A stretch of DNA of 64,000 nt from the human T2T-CHM13v2.0 reference genome, Homo sapiens, in NCBI RefSeq assembly GCF_009914755.1, contig NC_060926.1. One strand, given 5' to 3'. Numbering within the stretch: position 1 is the stretch's first letter; every line of letters begins with the position of its first letter. The position numbers and the translations under genes are program-made. Under the pieces are notes generated by a model. It did no database searches, was not told the DNA's origin, and saw only the letters and a program-made list of their open reading frames with translations. Shown here piece after piece: positions 59,709-64,000 of the stretch.

Positions 59709-61197
59709 CCAGCTGAACAGCCATTCTCCTAAAACCTTTCTGTTTTTCTCACATTGTTTCCACCACCTGGAAAAATTTTTCTCTTTCCCTCTTGGAGAAT
59801 TTCTACTCATCCTTCAAGATCGAGCTCAGATGCCACCATCCTTGCAGTCTTCCCTGACTGCCAGGGTCTGACAAATGGCCCTCCCTCTGGACTTCACACT
59901 GGGGAGTGTGCGATGCTTTTTACCACCCACCTGGAGCTTACTTTTGGTGGGGAGTATGGGTAGTGATGAACTAAGATCTGCCTCTGCCACCCAATGCCTG
60001 TGTAACCTCCTCCATCACTTCTCCTGTAAGAGGCAAACAATATTGCAAAGAATTTTGAGTAGCGATAATAGAATTTTTAAAATGGCATGTGTAATATGCC
60101 CACTATGAAGCCTGGCATGGAAGAGATGCTCAGACAAGGTTAGGCTGCCTCCCTTCCTGAGCACATTTTTCCATGTATCACTGTGCACATTGACAGGTAA
60201 GTCTCTGCCACTAGGCTGGGTGAGCCATCGAGGGAGCCTTCTGGCACCTTCTGCATCTAGCACAGTAACCGACTGGCTCGGGGCACAGGCTCACACCAGG
60301 GCCACCTTGAACCCCTTCACAAGGAGAAGGGGCAGTGCTGAGCAGGGCAAGCTGTAGCTGTGGGGACCAAGTTTGTTTGTTTGTTTTTCTTACGAATGTT
60401 CTGATTAAGCTAGAAACTTCCTGAAGTCATACAATTCTTCTATCCCCAGAGAAAGATTTGAATAAAGTATCCTCTTGTGGGAAGGAAAATAGGAGGTAAT
60501 TAGTTCAGTGGTTTTCAGACTTCGTAAAGGACTGGAACCACTTTTTCAAATGAAATTTAATATGGAATCTTTAAGCTACAAAAACAGACAGAGCATTATT
60601 TTATGAAGATATGCATATTTATTTATTATTTTTTATATTAATTGACTAATAATAAATTGATTTATCATGTCGACAAATATATTTATTTTATTATCTCAAA
60701 CTTATGACAAATAGAAAAGCACAATGAAGCTGTTTTAATCAGCACCAAAATTAGAAATTGGGCATTTATGGGGATCCGTGTCTTAGTTCAGTTTCAGAAT
60801 CCAATTTACCTCCATATTTTATTTTGTTTTCACAGCTTGGAGAAAATCCTACTTTTCAGTGCTGAGTAGATGCAAATGATTATTGTTCTGTGACAATCTG
60901 TCTTGTGACCTCAGAGCCCTACAATTAATCAGACAAGTGGCAGGAGGAGCTCTGTGATGAGATTTCAAAAAAAAAATGAGTTCATGTGGTCACACAGTGT
61001 TTTAGTTGTTCATCTGCACGGTGTTAGGACTGGCTATCTTATCGATTGTATTAAATCACAGTGTTATCAATGACAAAAAAATTTTTTTGTATATTAATTT
61101 TTGAAATGAAACATTTCTGAAATCCATAAAGTAACTTCATGGGTCTTTGGGATCCAAAGCACATGATATGAAAACACTGAATGAGTCTACCCCTGTA

Positions 61198-61305
61198 CAC
61201 TACAGATGAGTAAACTGAGGCCTGGAATGTGACAAGGACATATCCAGGCCCCACAGAGAATTGTTGGTGGGCTGGGATGAGAATTTAGGCCTTCTGCATC
61301 CCACC
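61198..61305 (-). mobile_element. MIR
   Basis: 'tacagatgagtaaactgaggcc...gctgggatgagaatttagg'. Confidence 0.65.
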
Positions 61306-63699
61306 CAGGCCTCCTTCAACTGTATTCTCTATCTCTTTTTCCTAATTTATGCTAGTAAAAAAGTGTTTCATTATTTTTAAAAATAAGTTAGACATTCCAT
61401 CTCTGTAGTTTGGTTTATAGCTGAGGCCTTCTTACATTCCAGCATGGAGTGTGAAACAGGCTGCTTACTGGAGTCCATTGTACAACCCGGAAACCTCCAT
61501 CAGTGTCTTTCCATCTCACCAGGAGAATTCTGCCCTGGTGATACATAATTGAAATGGATTTGGCCAGCAGGGCCTATATAAAATGATGATTTTATGTTTG
61601 TTCATCTGTCAGAAAAGTAGAAAGCAAAGCTGGTAATTTGTGTTAACTAAGCACCTTCATTATAAGAACTCAAGGGAAAGGGTGGGGAACAGAACATTTT
61701 TTCATCCAGCTGTCCCGGATCCTGAGGATGATTTGTGTCGTTAAGAAGAAATTCTAATGATGTTGAGCGTATGGAAAAGTTTAAGCCGAACACGACGGGT
61801 CATTTTCTAAGTGTTTAACTTGAATATCAAGAGCTGTGCAGCTTCCTTTCTCAAACTCCTGCTTTTCCTGGCTGGGCCATCTCATATTGTGCCTACTGCA
61901 GGCTGCAGAAGTGGCCTCCATGAATTCTCAGCCCACAGATGGCATCTACCCAGTGAGCCACGACCTGCGATGGAATGTCACAGAGGGGCCCACCCTGCCC
62001 ACTTTTCACCTAAGGAGGCAAGAAGAGGCCTTGCTCTTGGGTGTGTTGGATGCTCACTCATGGCTGCTGCAGTCTTCTCTTCACCCTCTCCCTCCTGACT
62101 GCAGATTCTATCTGGCGAGTGCTCAGCACCCAATTCCAGACAACACTTTAAGGGTGACCCCTCTTGCATTAAGGCAGCCCTTTCTGGGATTGTTCTTACA
62201 TGTAGGGAGAATAGACTAATGGTCCCCAGCAGACTCCTCCATCCCCAGACATTCTTCCTCCACTTGATCTTCCTATGAACCTGGAAATCCCTTCTCAGAA
62301 GACAACCTTTCCTAACCTGGATAGAATTCAGGGTAAGAATGAATACCCCAGAAGATGGAGACTGACTGTCTTGTTGGGGTAAGTGGCTAGCATTGCTTTG
62401 TCTTTCAGAGCAGACATTTCTGCAGGGTACAGAAAGCATGAGGGCCCTGGAAGGCTGCAATTGTAGGATAGGACCCCTGAGAAGAGAGGAGAGGAAATGG
62501 GGGGAGTTCGAGGTGCTTGGATGGGCTGGGCTGTCTGACCTATTTTACCCTAGGAGAAAGAAAGTAAAGATAGAGTCCATCAGGTGGGACATTTTGAGGT
62601 GGGGCTGTCTCGTACCCCTTGGGAAAAGGAAAGCTCTTTGTCTGACCAGCCCTAACTGTTAAAGGTGATGAGTGATTCTTCAACTTGCAACAGAGATTCT
62701 CTCTTTGTAAAAGGGTTGAGGGCTGAGTTTTCTTATAGAATAAATTTCAAATAGGATTTGATTCACCTACACAGAAAGTGATTTACCCTCATACCTTCAA
62801 GAACACATCTGTTATGCAAAGCGAAATTGTAATTGGGCTTCAAAAGTAATCAAACAAAAATAAGGAGTTTTTTTTTCCTGTTAGAGAATAAGGTGTCCCT
62901 GCCATACAAATAATGTTTGCTAATTCTGAAGGGTGTTGCTGTAGAGAAAGGGGAGAGAGAGAGAGACATGTATGTTTGTTGGTCTTCAACTTGAGGCACT
63001 CTATGTGGCCTTGAGTTTCAGGTGGTCTACTATGGCTAAAACTACAATGTGGAGTGACATACTGTAACTAAACTTGGAGGAAAACCGTATCCTTTGAGAC
63101 CAACACGTGCATCAGCACAGCTGCTCCTGACTGCAGCTGCAGAAGATAGACCCTCCCCCACATCCCCACAATTTCCTTGGCTAATTAGGAACATCTTCCC
63201 TGGATGGCCACCTCTCTCAGGAATTTGGACACAAGGGCACAGCTGAATGCCTCTGCCTTTACTGAATTCAGAATCTTATTTCTGAGGAAGTTGTACACTG
63301 AAGCATTAAAGGCAGACCTGACAAAATAAGGATCAAAATGTTGCCCATGAGTTTTTTTTTAATTGCTCTTTCCTTTGGAGCCTTGGTTGACCTTTATGTG
63401 TGAGGGGGTAGAAGTGTCCCCAGGAAATCTTAAAAACCTCAGAGGAAGCTGTTGACAGACTTCCAGAGAACTGGGTTTTTGTTTGTGTTCTGCAGGCAGA
63501 GAATAGCAGATGGACTTTGACGTACTCCAGACATATAAGCATAATCCTAAAAACGTAGGTTTCCTACTTTTAGGCAATGTTTCCTCTTTGGCAGCATTAC
63601 AACCCTGGGATAAAGAGTTTCATGGCACTATGGTGGGGTCCTGGTTCGATGGCAGTTTTTGAAACATTATAAAGAGCAGTCACCTGGAGGCAGAAGCTC

Positions 63700-63830
63700 T
63701 GTTTGTCAGGCAAGTCACCCAAGTGTCATCCATGGTTTTCTCATTTGTAAGTTGGGATAATGAAAAAGCTCTACATACACCCCTGAGCTGTTGTGAAGAT
63801 TGGATGGGCTGCTGGAGAAACGTGAAACGC
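63700..63830 (+). mobile_element. MIR
   Basis: 'ggcaagtcacc...gttttctcatttgtaagttgggataat...gttgtgaagatt'. Confidence 0.65.
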
Positions 63831-64000
63831 TTCGTAATCAAATAGAAGGCTGCAATTGCAGGAGCAGGGTAGGGTGGAGGGGATGCAGCCATGCAGGGTG
63901 AGATCTGAGGGAAGAGAGAAGAGGAGTAGAGGAACACATGAATTAATTCGAGAGAGAGACATTTTCTCAGTCTCCACAGAGATACACGATCTTCACTTGG

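Noticed and set aside
61811-62662. Cluster of 89-160 aa ORFs
   Set aside because: Open on both strands with no domain signature; expected by chance at this GC content

Overview
Primate, probably human, non-coding DNA dominated by interspersed repeats; a young AluYd-type element points to human or a close ape. I see no host protein-coding exon, RNA gene or CRISPR array. Every recognisable ORF is a decayed LINE-1 ORF0/ORF1/ORF2, and the rest look like chance ORFs. Main contents: a full-length minus-strand L1PA4/5-type element (44.6-50.8 kb) inside a Charlie1 DNA transposon; a fusion of two L1 5' ends at 11.3-15.2 kb, one from a spliced L1 RNA (SpIRE97/622); a MER52 LTR; nested THE1 LTRs; MLT1/MLT2 LTRs; nine Alus; older L1M/L2/MIR fragments; and a repeat-poorer, GC-richer right end with PBX-HOX/MEIS motif clusters. 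The most interesting signals are rearrangement scars: the L1-L1 fusion, a compound templated insertion in an MLT2 LTR that copies 119 bp from 8.3 kb away, two L1s sharing unusual variants, and an intact extended ORF0. I cannot support a new gene-encoded system. Subfamily names come from recalled consensus sequences and need RepeatMasker/Dfam confirmation.
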